Shown: one piece after another, positions 37,065 through 46,400 of the stretch
Layout of the letters: every line of letters begins with the position of its first letter
Numbering within the stretch: the stretch's first letter is position 1
Source: an uncultured euryarchaeote
GTDB lineage: Archaea; Thermoplasmatota; Poseidoniia; Poseidoniales; Poseidoniaceae
Assembly (NCBI GenBank): GCA_937892945.1
Contig: CALBIL010000039.1
Span: forward strand, 5,272-69,271
Direction: 5' to 3'
DNA: 64,000 bases
Position numbers and translations under genes: made by a program
The notes under the pieces: generated by a model
Seen by the model: the letters and a program-made list of their open reading frames with translations, nothing else
Database searches by the model: none
Told to the model about the DNA's origin: nothing

Positions 37065-38146
37065 ACTTGAGGGGACAAAGCGTGAGTGACAGTGACCCGT
37101 TGAAGACACTGTTCCGAGAACTTCTTCTTGCAGCCGGAATGATTGGTCTGCTCATTTTGGCATTGTATGCACATACCGGTTCAATGCCACCTTTAGTTGT
37201 CGTCGAATCCTCTTCAATGATTCATGATATCGATGGAGAGGTTGGTAGTATCGATGCAGGCGATTTAGTCCTCGTTCACAACCAAGATTTTGATACAATC
37301 GTCACATTCGCTGAAGCCACCGATCCTGGTAATTCCAAATATGGGTATTCGGAACATGGACTTGGAGGTGACGTGATCATTTACAAAAAGAACGGTGAAG
37401 CTGGAACACCAATAATTCACCGAGCCATAATGGAAGTCGTTCCAAATGAAATCATCACCCCAGACCGAAGTGTACCATCAAATGCGTCAAACAGTGATCG
37501 TTGCCCTGAAGGCGGAACTTTTGACTCGGAATCCCTCGATGAAGATGGCGTTCTCGGCGTTTGTGTTTTGACCTGGGATGTTCCAGGCACCGATGTTCGT
37601 AATGTCGAAACAGTCACCGTTCACTTTGATGGGGTCCAGGCTGGTTATTACGATTGTAATCGGCCGGTTCATGCCAATGTTGAACCTCACTTAGTTGTCT
37701 GGCAATGGCAACCACGCCATGCCGGCATTCTTACACTTGGAGACAATAACAATTGTTCAGTTGACCAAGGTTCACAAGCGGTGAACGGTTCTTCCGGCGT
37801 CCACAGTGCATCCGGTACGGTGGGTCCCATTCGATCATCTTGGCTTATCGGAGTTGGTGGTGGAGAAATCCCTTGGCTTGGAACGGTTAAGCTGATGGTC
37901 AGTGGCGAGGATACTCCAGGTACGGCATATGTTCCGAGTTCATCGTTTTTGATTTTATTTACTTTGATTGGAGGCGTTCTTGTTTTGCCAATGCTTCTTG
38001 AACCAGTAATACGTAAATTCATGTCGAAAGCACCGGAATTTGAGCAAGCAATGTCCGAACATAAAAAGAAACAATCCGAACTGAATACCTCAGAAGATGA
38101 TTTAGTTTGGAAGTCTCTGAACATACATGATTCTGAATCCGAATAA
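37061..38146 (+). CDS. Archaeal/ER-type (Sec11-like, S26B) signal peptidase I with large insertion
   Basis: Conserved boxes VVESSSMIHD (Ser), GDLVLV, PIIHRAI (His), LTLGDNNNCSVD (GDNN + Asp). N-terminal TM, C-terminal TM and a charged tail. 361 aa. Confidence 0.75.
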   Translation: MNLRGQSVSDSDPLKTLFRELLLAAGMIGLLILALYAHTGSMPPLVVVESSSMIHDIDGEVGSIDAGDLVLVHNQDFDTIVTFAEATDPGNSKYGYSEHGLGGDVIIYKKNGEAGTPIIHRAIMEVVPNEIITPDRSVPSNASNSDRCPEGGTFDSESLDEDGVLGVCVLTWDVPGTDVRNVETVTVHFDGVQAGYYDCNRPVHANVEPHLVVWQWQPRHAGILTLGDNNNCSVDQGSQAVNGSSGVHSASGTVGPIRSSWLIGVGGGEIPWLGTVKLMVSGEDTPGTAYVPSSSFLILFTLIGGVLVLPMLLEPVIRKFMSKAPEFEQAMSEHKKKQSELNTSEDDLVWKSLNIHDSESE

Positions 38147-38989
38147 TTAGTTTTGAATCGCTTCTTCGAGTGTCAATTCACCACAAGCAACAGCATATGC
38201 GACATCAGAAGAAATTGTTTTTCTTCCGTTACTTCGTTTTCGACTTTGTCTTTGAATTTCTCTGATTTCACCTATAGTCGGTTGAATTTCTCTGAACTCC
38301 CAGACATGTTCTCCAGAGAGTAGCGCGATTCTTATCGCTGAAATGACATGGTTGTGGCGAAGTAAACCCCGTGAGGTTTTGGCTTCATTCACTATTTCGA
38401 CCTCAAGTTGGTGAGTGAGGCAATCGTTAATGATTTGATCACGACTCAACGGAGCCCCATCGCCAATTCGTATGACCATTCGTTTAAATTCAAGAGCGGA
38501 TGAGATTCCAATTATTTGTGCTGCAATATTTTCGATGCGTTCAAACTGTGCAACACCTAAAACGACCCCATCGGCTAACCAAGCAATTCCTGGGCGTGGA
38601 CCAGGGTCGACCCCAAAGCATAGTTGGTGTACTTGCGTGATGCCTCTCTGAAGGCGTACTGCATTGTCGACCGCCGCTTTGACTGAAACACTAGACGCTG
38701 CAATTGGTTTTCCTTCATCGCGGTATGTAGCGACCTCAATGTCATTGCCAAACCAAATCATATCCTGTTCAGGAAGCACAGCATCGTATTCGAGAAGAAT
38801 GAACCTCAGTCCTCGACGTTTGAGTTCAGTCATTAGCCGAAAAGCCAATTTGAAATCAATGGTGCGTATAGCAAGCCGAGGCACATTGAAACTGTATCTT
38901 CCGCGATTAACTAAACTTTCGCCCCTGTGGGCGGGATTTTGGGTTGCGGAAAACCTTGATTGCGATGGGGCTTCAACCGAAGTCATCAA
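38147..38989 (-). CDS. Predicted RNase H-fold (RuvC/YqgF-like) nuclease with N-terminal domain of unknown function
   Basis: FGVDPGPRPGIAWLADG resembles the first catalytic-Asp strand of RuvC/YqgF-type nucleases, followed by a ...VEIVNEAKTS acidic strand. The call is tentative. Confidence 0.4.
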   Translation of the reverse strand: MMTSVEAPSQSRFSATQNPAHRGESLVNRGRYSFNVPRLAIRTIDFKLAFRLMTELKRRGLRFILLEYDAVLPEQDMIWFGNDIEVATYRDEGKPIAASSVSVKAAVDNAVRLQRGITQVHQLCFGVDPGPRPGIAWLADGVVLGVAQFERIENIAAQIIGISSALEFKRMVIRIGDGAPLSRDQIINDCLTHQLEVEIVNEAKTSRGLLRHNHVISAIRIALLSGEHVWEFREIQPTIGEIREIQRQSRKRSNGRKTISSDVAYAVACGELTLEEAIQN

Positions 38990-39014
38990 GAACGATTGAC
39001 GGTGATGAAGGGTT

Positions 39015-39692
39015 GTGTCGAGCCAGTATGAGCGTGAATTGAGACAGGTTCTTGCTGGAGTTCCAAAAGGCGTGGAAGCGGTAATTCGTTCTTGTAATCC
39101 TCTTGAGAAGCAAAAGATGCGTCAAGTGCTCGATCGACCTTTCTTAGTGGTACGAGCCGCTGGATCAGGAATGGAAGGTACTGGTGATTTACTGGCTTTG
39201 CGTGGCGATTTATGTTTTCCAATTGAAGTGAAATCAACCCGCCCAAAGAAACTCTATCTTTCAGGTCGGACAAAACTCCAGTATGAAGCAATGGTTACCG
39301 AAGGCGAAAGATGTCATTTGATGCCGCTCTATGCTCACCGCCAAAAAGGAATTCGCGGTGATTCATGGCGTATTTTCAGAGTCGAAACCAGTAATCTCTC
39401 CGGTAGACTCCGGCAACTGGAAAAGTCAATACCACCATTCCCTACAACGAGAAACGGATCTGTCTACCTCAATTGGGAAGATGGTATGCCACTCCATGCC
39501 TTTGTCGCCTTAGTCTGCTCTTCTGCAGGCTCTGAGAAACATGCGTTACATAATTTAGAAGTGCGAACACTTCGATCGAATCTTTTTGCCAAGTCTCTCC
39601 CGACCACAGAACTGGAAGAAATCCTTCCTGCTCAGTCCTTGACGGAAAAACCACTTGATGTTTTGGCCGAACTTGCCCGACGTCGTTCGTAA
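39015..39692 (+). CDS. hjc: Holliday junction resolvase Hjc with C-terminal extension
   Basis: YERELRQVL...FLVVRAAGSG...GDLLAL...FPIEVKSTRPKKLYLS matches the archaeal Hjc nuclease core (E...D...EVK). 225 aa versus ~125-145 for typical Hjc. GTG start. Confidence 0.75.
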   Translation: MSSQYERELRQVLAGVPKGVEAVIRSCNPLEKQKMRQVLDRPFLVVRAAGSGMEGTGDLLALRGDLCFPIEVKSTRPKKLYLSGRTKLQYEAMVTEGERCHLMPLYAHRQKGIRGDSWRIFRVETSNLSGRLRQLEKSIPPFPTTRNGSVYLNWEDGMPLHAFVALVCSSAGSEKHALHNLEVRTLRSNLFAKSLPTTELEEILPAQSLTEKPLDVLAELARRRS

Positions 39693-41165
39693 TCAGAAAT
39701 AAGGAATGACGAGTACGAACAATAACATTATCAAAAGAACAACCGAAGACAAACTTGAGGCTTTGTTTGAAATATGATCGATCCACATTGGATGAATATC
39801 CCATAGTTTTGTTTTCTTCCCAATCCGTTTAACTCGGTTGAGGGTGCCTTTAATCCAATCTTTGAACAAATGACCGCCATCAAACGGCACCATTGGGATT
39901 AAGTTTGTAAACCCGAGAAGAATATTTACCCACATCAACCAAAAGAAGAAATTAACGAAGAACAGCAACCCATTCAATCCAAGTGTCTCTCCAAGAATAC
40001 CTTCTGCCGGTGCAAGCATAGCTTCCTCCACGGGGTACATCGAAACACCCTGTAATTCAAACGGAATGATCATCATATTAACGACATGAACCGGAGTGTA
40101 GACGACCTGTATCAGCACACCTCCTTCGAAACGAGGTGAAAATGGCCCCGCAAGACGATCTATTCCAGCAGTTCCTTCAACAATTCCTTCGACACCAACA
40201 AAAGCATCACCTTGTTTGATTCCGAGTGTTTCGAGATTGGTAGGGCTCCACCCCAGTTCAATGTAGTAGTCGTACTTGTCTGAAAGCAGCAGTTCAATAC
40301 TTTCCAATGAGCCATTCTCATGTTTGACATCAACGATGATGGTATCGTTTGCTTGATATTTTTGAAGAATTGTTTGAAACCCTTCTACTCCATCGACTTC
40401 TTCGCCATCAATCTGAAGAATGGTATCCCAAGGTTGCATTCCAGCATCATCTGCACCAGCATCTTTGATGACGCCTCGCACGTGTGGGTTTTCAGAAGTT
40501 GAAGTAAAATTAGCCGCCAAGCCTCCTAACAATATCAAACAAATGAATGCTGCAAACAAATTCGTGGCAGGTCCTGCGGCAAACATCCGCATCCGTTCTT
40601 TTCGAGGTGCTTTGTGCAATTCTTGGTATTGAGGTTCAGCAAATGCGCCAAGTGGAAGTGGACCCAGTTGAAGGAGACCAAACGAACGAATACGCATACC
40701 ATGTGCTCGAGCCAACAGCCCATGTCCAAATTCATGTATGACCAGTGCTATGATAAACGCCATTGCTCCCCAGCCCAAAGGAATCATGGGGTTTATTCCT
40801 GGAATCGCTACGAGTTCACTGGCAGTCGGTGGACTTGCAGTCGGAGGGTAGAGTAACGTCGTAACGAAAGCCAGAATCATCATAAGAGCGACCAAAAACA
40901 TGGAAAAGAGGCACACCCAAAGGGCTACTTCTCCATAGATTCGCCAAAACCGGCGTGGCCGAGCGATACGGTCGAGGGTTTTGAGGCCCCAGTTGCTGCG
41001 TACCATCAACACGACACCAAAGACTCGTGTGGCGTTCCAACGGTCAAGTGTACCATTTCGTTCCCAAACACGAAGCATAAGGTACCATGCAAAGATAAAG
41101 ATGAGCACAACTTTCCAGTCGGCTTCAACCGAACCCCATGCACCATCCATGGTTGAGGCAAACAC
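39693..41165 (-). CDS. Site-2 protease (M50 family) with PDZ domain
   Basis: HExxH in a TM segment (VIHEFGHGLLA), NLIPMVPFDGGHL motif, and an internal PDZ-like segment (GVIKDAGADDAGMQPWDTILQIDGEEV). Confidence 0.88.
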   Translation of the reverse strand: MFASTMDGAWGSVEADWKVVLIFIFAWYLMLRVWERNGTLDRWNATRVFGVVLMVRSNWGLKTLDRIARPRRFWRIYGEVALWVCLFSMFLVALMMILAFVTTLLYPPTASPPTASELVAIPGINPMIPLGWGAMAFIIALVIHEFGHGLLARAHGMRIRSFGLLQLGPLPLGAFAEPQYQELHKAPRKERMRMFAAGPATNLFAAFICLILLGGLAANFTSTSENPHVRGVIKDAGADDAGMQPWDTILQIDGEEVDGVEGFQTILQKYQANDTIIVDVKHENGSLESIELLLSDKYDYYIELGWSPTNLETLGIKQGDAFVGVEGIVEGTAGIDRLAGPFSPRFEGGVLIQVVYTPVHVVNMMIIPFELQGVSMYPVEEAMLAPAEGILGETLGLNGLLFFVNFFFWLMWVNILLGFTNLIPMVPFDGGHLFKDWIKGTLNRVKRIGKKTKLWDIHPMWIDHISNKASSLSSVVLLIMLLFVLVIPYF

Positions 41166-41234
41166 TCCCTCTCCTTGAATCTTGACAGGCTCTCACTCAA
41201 CAAAGTTGATGATGGTTCGCCAAAACCCATAGTC

Positions 41235-41777
41235 ATGGACACCTATCGAGCGGCGCTGGAACAATGGTGTGAAAAGGAATGGGGCCAGGCTCCTGAAGCA
41301 ATTTCTGAATGGTGCGCTGATGAAAATATTGCTCAAGTGTTTATGCGCCTCAAACAGAGCGTGCTTATTGCTGACTTTGTCGTCGAAGGCGATGGCTCAC
41401 TCACCTGTAAAGAACATCTCCAAGTACCTCTTGATCGTTGGAACCCAGGCTCAATTCAAGCCATTCGAACAGCGGATGGTCGCGTTCGCTTCCGTCATCG
41501 TAACTTGGAAATCCATCTTGCAGCTCGACTTCGTGCTCCTGAATGGGGGCAAGCCTTGCTCGAAGAATGGCTGATGGGTCAACGCGGAGATGTATTCCGG
41601 CCAAAAGACCGAACACAACGTATTGCATCCATTAACCGCGCTAAAATGAGTATTGAACGAAATTTAAATCATTCGAATCTCGATGCTGTCCGAATGGACT
41701 TTCTCGCAACTACTGCGTCTTTACAATCAGTTGAAGATAAACTGAATTCTCGGATTCGCTCCGATGAATCGGAATAA
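41235..41777 (+). CDS. Hypothetical Trp-rich soluble protein
   Basis: Open frame with no recognisable motif. I start at ATG 41235 (MDTYRAAL). The track extends to TTG 41175. Confidence 0.5.
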   Translation: MDTYRAALEQWCEKEWGQAPEAISEWCADENIAQVFMRLKQSVLIADFVVEGDGSLTCKEHLQVPLDRWNPGSIQAIRTADGRVRFRHRNLEIHLAARLRAPEWGQALLEEWLMGQRGDVFRPKDRTQRIASINRAKMSIERNLNHSNLDAVRMDFLATTASLQSVEDKLNSRIRSDESE

Positions 41778-41778
41778 A

Positions 41779-42627
41779 TCAATTGAGTTTCACTTTGTAA
41801 CGGTCTCTTCCATTGGCATACATCGTGATCGTTCCCGATGAAGAAACACAAACTGCAATGCCTTCCACTAATTGAGATATAGCACGAGCAGCCAAATGAC
41901 GCCCTCCTTCACCGGCTTTTGGAAGGATGCCTGCAGGAACCTGAATGTACCGTCCCGCATCACTTGCAACACCATCACGATTGAATAAAATCGCTCCATC
42001 AAGCCAAGCAAATTCGGCTAAAGTTTCATGATTTACATCATCTAATACAGTTCGCTTTTCTGGAGGATGCCCTTTGAACGGATTCAACACAAGTGCAGTA
42101 GAATGTTTTCTCAATGCAGGCAGTGGCCCAATGGCAAATAACGCTCCAATGGAATGCCCTTCTCTTCCTCTTGTTCCAATGTGGCGAGCAAGTTCCATTA
42201 CTTTGGTGAGGACTCCTAAATCAATGTGAAAGTCCTGTGCTAAAGATGCAAAACGGTTTGAATTCAAGGTTGAAGTATCGATGACAAAAACCCCATCAAT
42301 CGGCTCAGCTAAAACAACCAACATTCGTTCACCACTGGAAAGTTTCCCCTCACCAATGGCTTGTAATACCAAATCATGCATATGTTTGAGAACGCTTAGG
42401 CCCTGAGAGGTAAGGTTTTCTTCAAGTAAAGAACATTTAATCCCGTTCTCTGTTAATGATTCAACCACACGGTTTTGGCTTGAAAGAACGGTTAATTGAA
42501 GTTCAGGAGGTAACACTTCTGCAACGAGTTTTACCTTTCGTACGCTGTTTGCAAGCATTAAGACCGATTGAAAGGAACGTCTGTCATTCGACAGAGTGCT
42601 TGTGACCATCGCAGCGAGGTCGACCAT
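41779..42627 (-). CDS. dacZ: Diadenylate cyclase, archaeal DacZ type
   Basis: C-terminal DAC domain strings LDGAILFNRDG and GEGGRHLAARAIS...VCVSSSGTITMY. The N-terminal ~120 aa regulatory domain fits the DacZ architecture. Confidence 0.75.
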   Translation of the reverse strand: MVDLAAMVTSTLSNDRRSFQSVLMLANSVRKVKLVAEVLPPELQLTVLSSQNRVVESLTENGIKCSLLEENLTSQGLSVLKHMHDLVLQAIGEGKLSSGERMLVVLAEPIDGVFVIDTSTLNSNRFASLAQDFHIDLGVLTKVMELARHIGTRGREGHSIGALFAIGPLPALRKHSTALVLNPFKGHPPEKRTVLDDVNHETLAEFAWLDGAILFNRDGVASDAGRYIQVPAGILPKAGEGGRHLAARAISQLVEGIAVCVSSSGTITMYANGRDRYKVKLN

Positions 42628-42637
42628 TTGATGAACC

Positions 42638-43306
42638 TCAAGCGGAAGTCGAATCGATTCCAGGCAATTGGTCTTCAGTTTCTCTGTAAACAGTTCTCAT
42701 GTTCGAAATGAAGTTCTTTTCCTTTACAACAATAGTATATTCTGAAAATCCAGGGTCTTCATCTCCATCAAGCTTACCGAGAATAATTTCCAATGTAAGT
42801 CGAGCGCCTTCACGGTGTGGATATGCGAAAATACCCATGGAAAGAGGTGGGGAGATAATGGATGTGACATTTTTCATTTCAGCGAGGGTGGCGAAGAGAT
42901 TGTCATAGGTCTCAGGGAGTAACTCTCGGCGAGCCTCATCTTGCTTTGGACGGCGGCAATCAGGGCCAACAACATGGATGATGTGCTTGTAATTCGCTGC
43001 AAGTTCAAACGGTTCAGTAACGACATTCTTGGTAACTGCACATGGTGGTGCGTTGATTTTTCGCATTTCAAGACAAATATTCCGAGTCACTTGCGTGAGT
43101 TCAGGGCCGGCTTTGCCATGGATGAGAGCATCCAAACCTTCACGGCCAGAGAGTCGGTTGTTCGCAGGTGTGATTAAGACATCACCGCTATGATTCCATA
43201 CATCGCCACCGACGACTCGAAGAATACCCCACTTGCATGTTCGTGCCATATAGAGTTCGGCCATCAACCATCGAAGAGGGGCCACCTTACTTATCAAGTT
43301 CGCCAT
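42638..43306 (-). CDS. Macro domain (ADP-ribose binding/hydrolase) protein
   Basis: VVGGDVWNHSGDVLITPANNRLSGREGLDALIHGKAGPEL and IIHVVGPD match the macro-domain core. It lies 10 nt upstream of dacZ on the same strand. The start may be an internal Met (e.g. 43249). Confidence 0.75.
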   Translation of the reverse strand: MANLISKVAPLRWLMAELYMARTCKWGILRVVGGDVWNHSGDVLITPANNRLSGREGLDALIHGKAGPELTQVTRNICLEMRKINAPPCAVTKNVVTEPFELAANYKHIIHVVGPDCRRPKQDEARRELLPETYDNLFATLAEMKNVTSIISPPLSMGIFAYPHREGARLTLEIILGKLDGDEDPGFSEYTIVVKEKNFISNMRTVYRETEDQLPGIDSTSA

Positions 43307-43393
43307 TTCGGGATGAAAATGCCTTCAAATCGAGAATTTAGAACTTCATCTTTCAAGGCCGAGAGCCATCTACGCTTCACTTCATGGCGGTAT

Positions 43394-43417
43394 TGCTAAA
43401 CCCTATTGGTTTTAGCA
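43394..43417 (+). promoter_or_regulatory. Hairpin immediately upstream of the giant PA14 gene start
   Basis: TGCTAAACC-CTATT-GGTTTTAGCA forms a 9-bp stem with one bulge and ends 7 nt before ATG 43425. Confidence 0.3.
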
Positions 43418-43424
43418 GAAATAC

Positions 43425-46400
43425 ATGGACAGGATGAGGTCGAGTCTTCTTTTGACTCTTCTTTTTGTTTTGAGTAGTCTTGCCACCCCGGTTCTTGAGG
43501 GTCACTCAGAACCTTCTTCCGGCCATAGTTTGATTGAACAAGCAGCGCTGAGTGAACTCTTTGTTGGCTTTTCGGGTCAAGAAGGAGCTGACTTTTGGAA
43601 TCAAACACCATGGTCCACTATCGCACAACCAGAAGGTTTTGATTTTCTTACCGTATACGATTATTCAGATGTTGGCGTACTTATCAACAATAATTCTGAA
43701 GCGAGTAAAACTATCGGCTGGGCTTTTGTTAATGCACGAAATATTTCGAATGAAAACATCTTCTTTTTCAATGATTCAAATACGCCGACCAAAGAAACCA
43801 TCAATCGAAATGAATTTAATCTCTATTTTGCTGCTCCATTCTTAGAAATGCTCTCAAATCGTTCTTCGAGTACTGAATTGAATTATTTGGTTTCAACCAA
43901 GGGCATCCCTCTTCGCGTGAATGGAGGGAACGATAAAGTCAGTTTTGATCAAGAGTTTTCTTTGCTCGGTGGCATTTACAATTCAAGCATAGGTTCGGAT
44001 TATTGGGTTAACCACGGATATGGCCCCCTTGCTGGTAGCGGGATGAAAACCTTTTCACGAGATGCCTATGGTTTCTTCCTCGTCACCCGATTGACGGGAT
44101 ATACGGTTGAAACAGCACTTGGATTAATTGAAAAAGCAAACAACAGCCTTGGACAACGTGGTATTTTTGCTTTAGATTTAGCAACGAACCGCAACGGTTC
44201 AGGATACAAATTTTGGAACGATGATCTCTATACTGCCGAAGCTGAACTCAATGGGAGTAGGGGCCTGCCAACCATTTTTGATGAAACTTCGGAATTCTTA
44301 ACAAATCTTTCGAACGTGATGGGTTATGCATCATGGGGTTCAAATGATGGTAGTTGGAATTATAATTGGCTTCCAAATGCTGGATTCAATACACAAGATG
44401 CCTCGTATTCAAGTGGAGCACGATATTGGAATACGACCTTGCCGAATCTTTCATCAGGTGATTCGTTTAACTGGACTACACAAACCGATGTGAAACGCGA
44501 CGGAGCATCTGCGATTGAAGCATCGTTATCTGCTGTTTGTACTCAAGAAACCGGAAATGGAGCCCAAGGAATACTGGCAGAATTCTTCGATAATGCCGGA
44601 ATAAGTTTCAATGCAGCTTCAATGCCGACCCTTATCGACAGAGTTCCCGACCATGTTCGCCTTGAGAGTTCACTTCAGAATGCAGCCTCCTCACAGGCCT
44701 ATCCCGGATTAGATGACCGATTCAAAAACGATTGGGGTGCTCGGTTTAGTGGTTTAATTGATGTACCGGAAACAGGGAATTGGACTTTTTACCTCACATC
44801 AGATGATGGTTCGGAATTATGGATCGATGGGCAAAGCCTGGTGACCAACTATGGCTCACACGGAATGACTGAACGTTCTCAATCTGCTCAACTTGATACT
44901 GGGAAGTATGATTTTAAAATAGAATTCTTCCAGGGTGGCGGGCCACATGGATTACAACTTTCATGGTCAGGACCAAACCAAAGTAAGTCGTTGGTGCCTC
45001 CTTCCGCCTTTTCACTTGCCGACACTTATATTCCATCTCAAAGTAGTTTGATTCATCACTGGGATTTTGAAGAAAATTCAGGCTCGATTGCTCATGATTC
45101 TGTGAATTCAAGTACGAATTTTACACTTATGAACATGAATTCGACCAATTGGCGTACCTGTGTTGATGGCTCATGCCTATGGTATGACGGTGTGGATGAT
45201 TCGTTAGAAGTCGATGTTGACGATTGGGCTGGGAACTTTACTGTGAGTCAATGGGTTTGGGCCAATTCTACCACCTTACCCACTTACGCATCGGTTTTCG
45301 CAGTAGATAATAATGCAGGTTCAAACAACTCGTTCCAACATGCGATGATCAGTGGTGAATGGCGTTTATACAATAACCAATCCTATGTCTTTGGCGATAT
45401 TGAGGCTCAAGAGTGGACGCATCTCGTGTCTGTCTTTGATAACGGGTCATTACGGCAATACTTCGATGGGGTCTTGGTTCGAACAACGGCCTTCAATGCC
45501 GGCTCGTTGAATAACTTTGAGATCTATAAATTAGGTGTCAATCGTGGTGGAAATGCATATTTCCAAGGTATGATTGACAATGTTATGATTTGGAATACCT
45601 CCTTACAAGACCATGAAATCACCACTTTGCATCGAGACATTTACAAAGATTGTTCAGCGTATTCAGGTAATGGACAGGCAGCAGCATCGATTGAACAAGT
45701 ATATCAATTCCCTGAAGAATTAGAAGACCACGCTTGGATCATTTATCTGTACGGGCAACGCACTGGTGACGTCTATGGTGATTTTACAATAGAAATCGAA
45801 GGTCTTGATGAGAATGGAACACTTCTTTCGACCAATCAATCGAGCAGCAAGAGTTTCGCTACTACATGGGAGTCTCAAACCTTACGTTTCCGGCCCCACA
45901 GTAATGCAACCTCATTCCGAATACGAATTCCATTGGATATTGTAGCGACTTCAACTGACGGTTCAATTTATCTTGATACAATGAACTTACGGGCCATTCG
46001 ACCACATAACACATGGGTAGACGGTTCGATTGCAGAAACCGCTGTTTCGACCGGTGGGCGTTCGTTCAATTGGAATACTGGATATGGACAATCCTTGGTT
46101 GCGGACCTGCTTGAAGACGGCGTATCAGGTGTGAAGGGTTACGTTTACGAACCATACCTCACAGCCGTTGGCTCGCCAAGTACCCTGTTGAGTATGTATG
46201 CATCAGGTTATAATTTGGCAGAATCACATGCAGCCGCCAATCTACAAACCAGTTGGATGGGGGTTACAGTTGGAGATCCCAAAATGGCGCCGTATGCTGA
46301 TCTTTATCATGATATCAACCTCATAGGCATCCGACAAATTGGCAATGCCTCCTCTATGCAACCGGCCCAGTTTCAACTTGCTGTCGAGAATCGAGGGATG

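Noticed and set aside
38986-39291. 101-aa minus-strand ORF overlapping the 5' half of hjc
   Set aside because: It is entirely antisense to a gene with clear Hjc motifs. It has no recognisable motif and no RBS, so it is most likely a shadow ORF.
41779-43306. Macro domain plus nucleotide cyclase considered as a CBASS-like or other antiviral signalling module
   Set aside because: The cyclase has DAC-domain (DGA / RHxAA) motifs typical of the housekeeping DacZ, not a CD-NTase. There is no effector (nuclease, TM pore, TIR, patatin), and the flanks are core genes.
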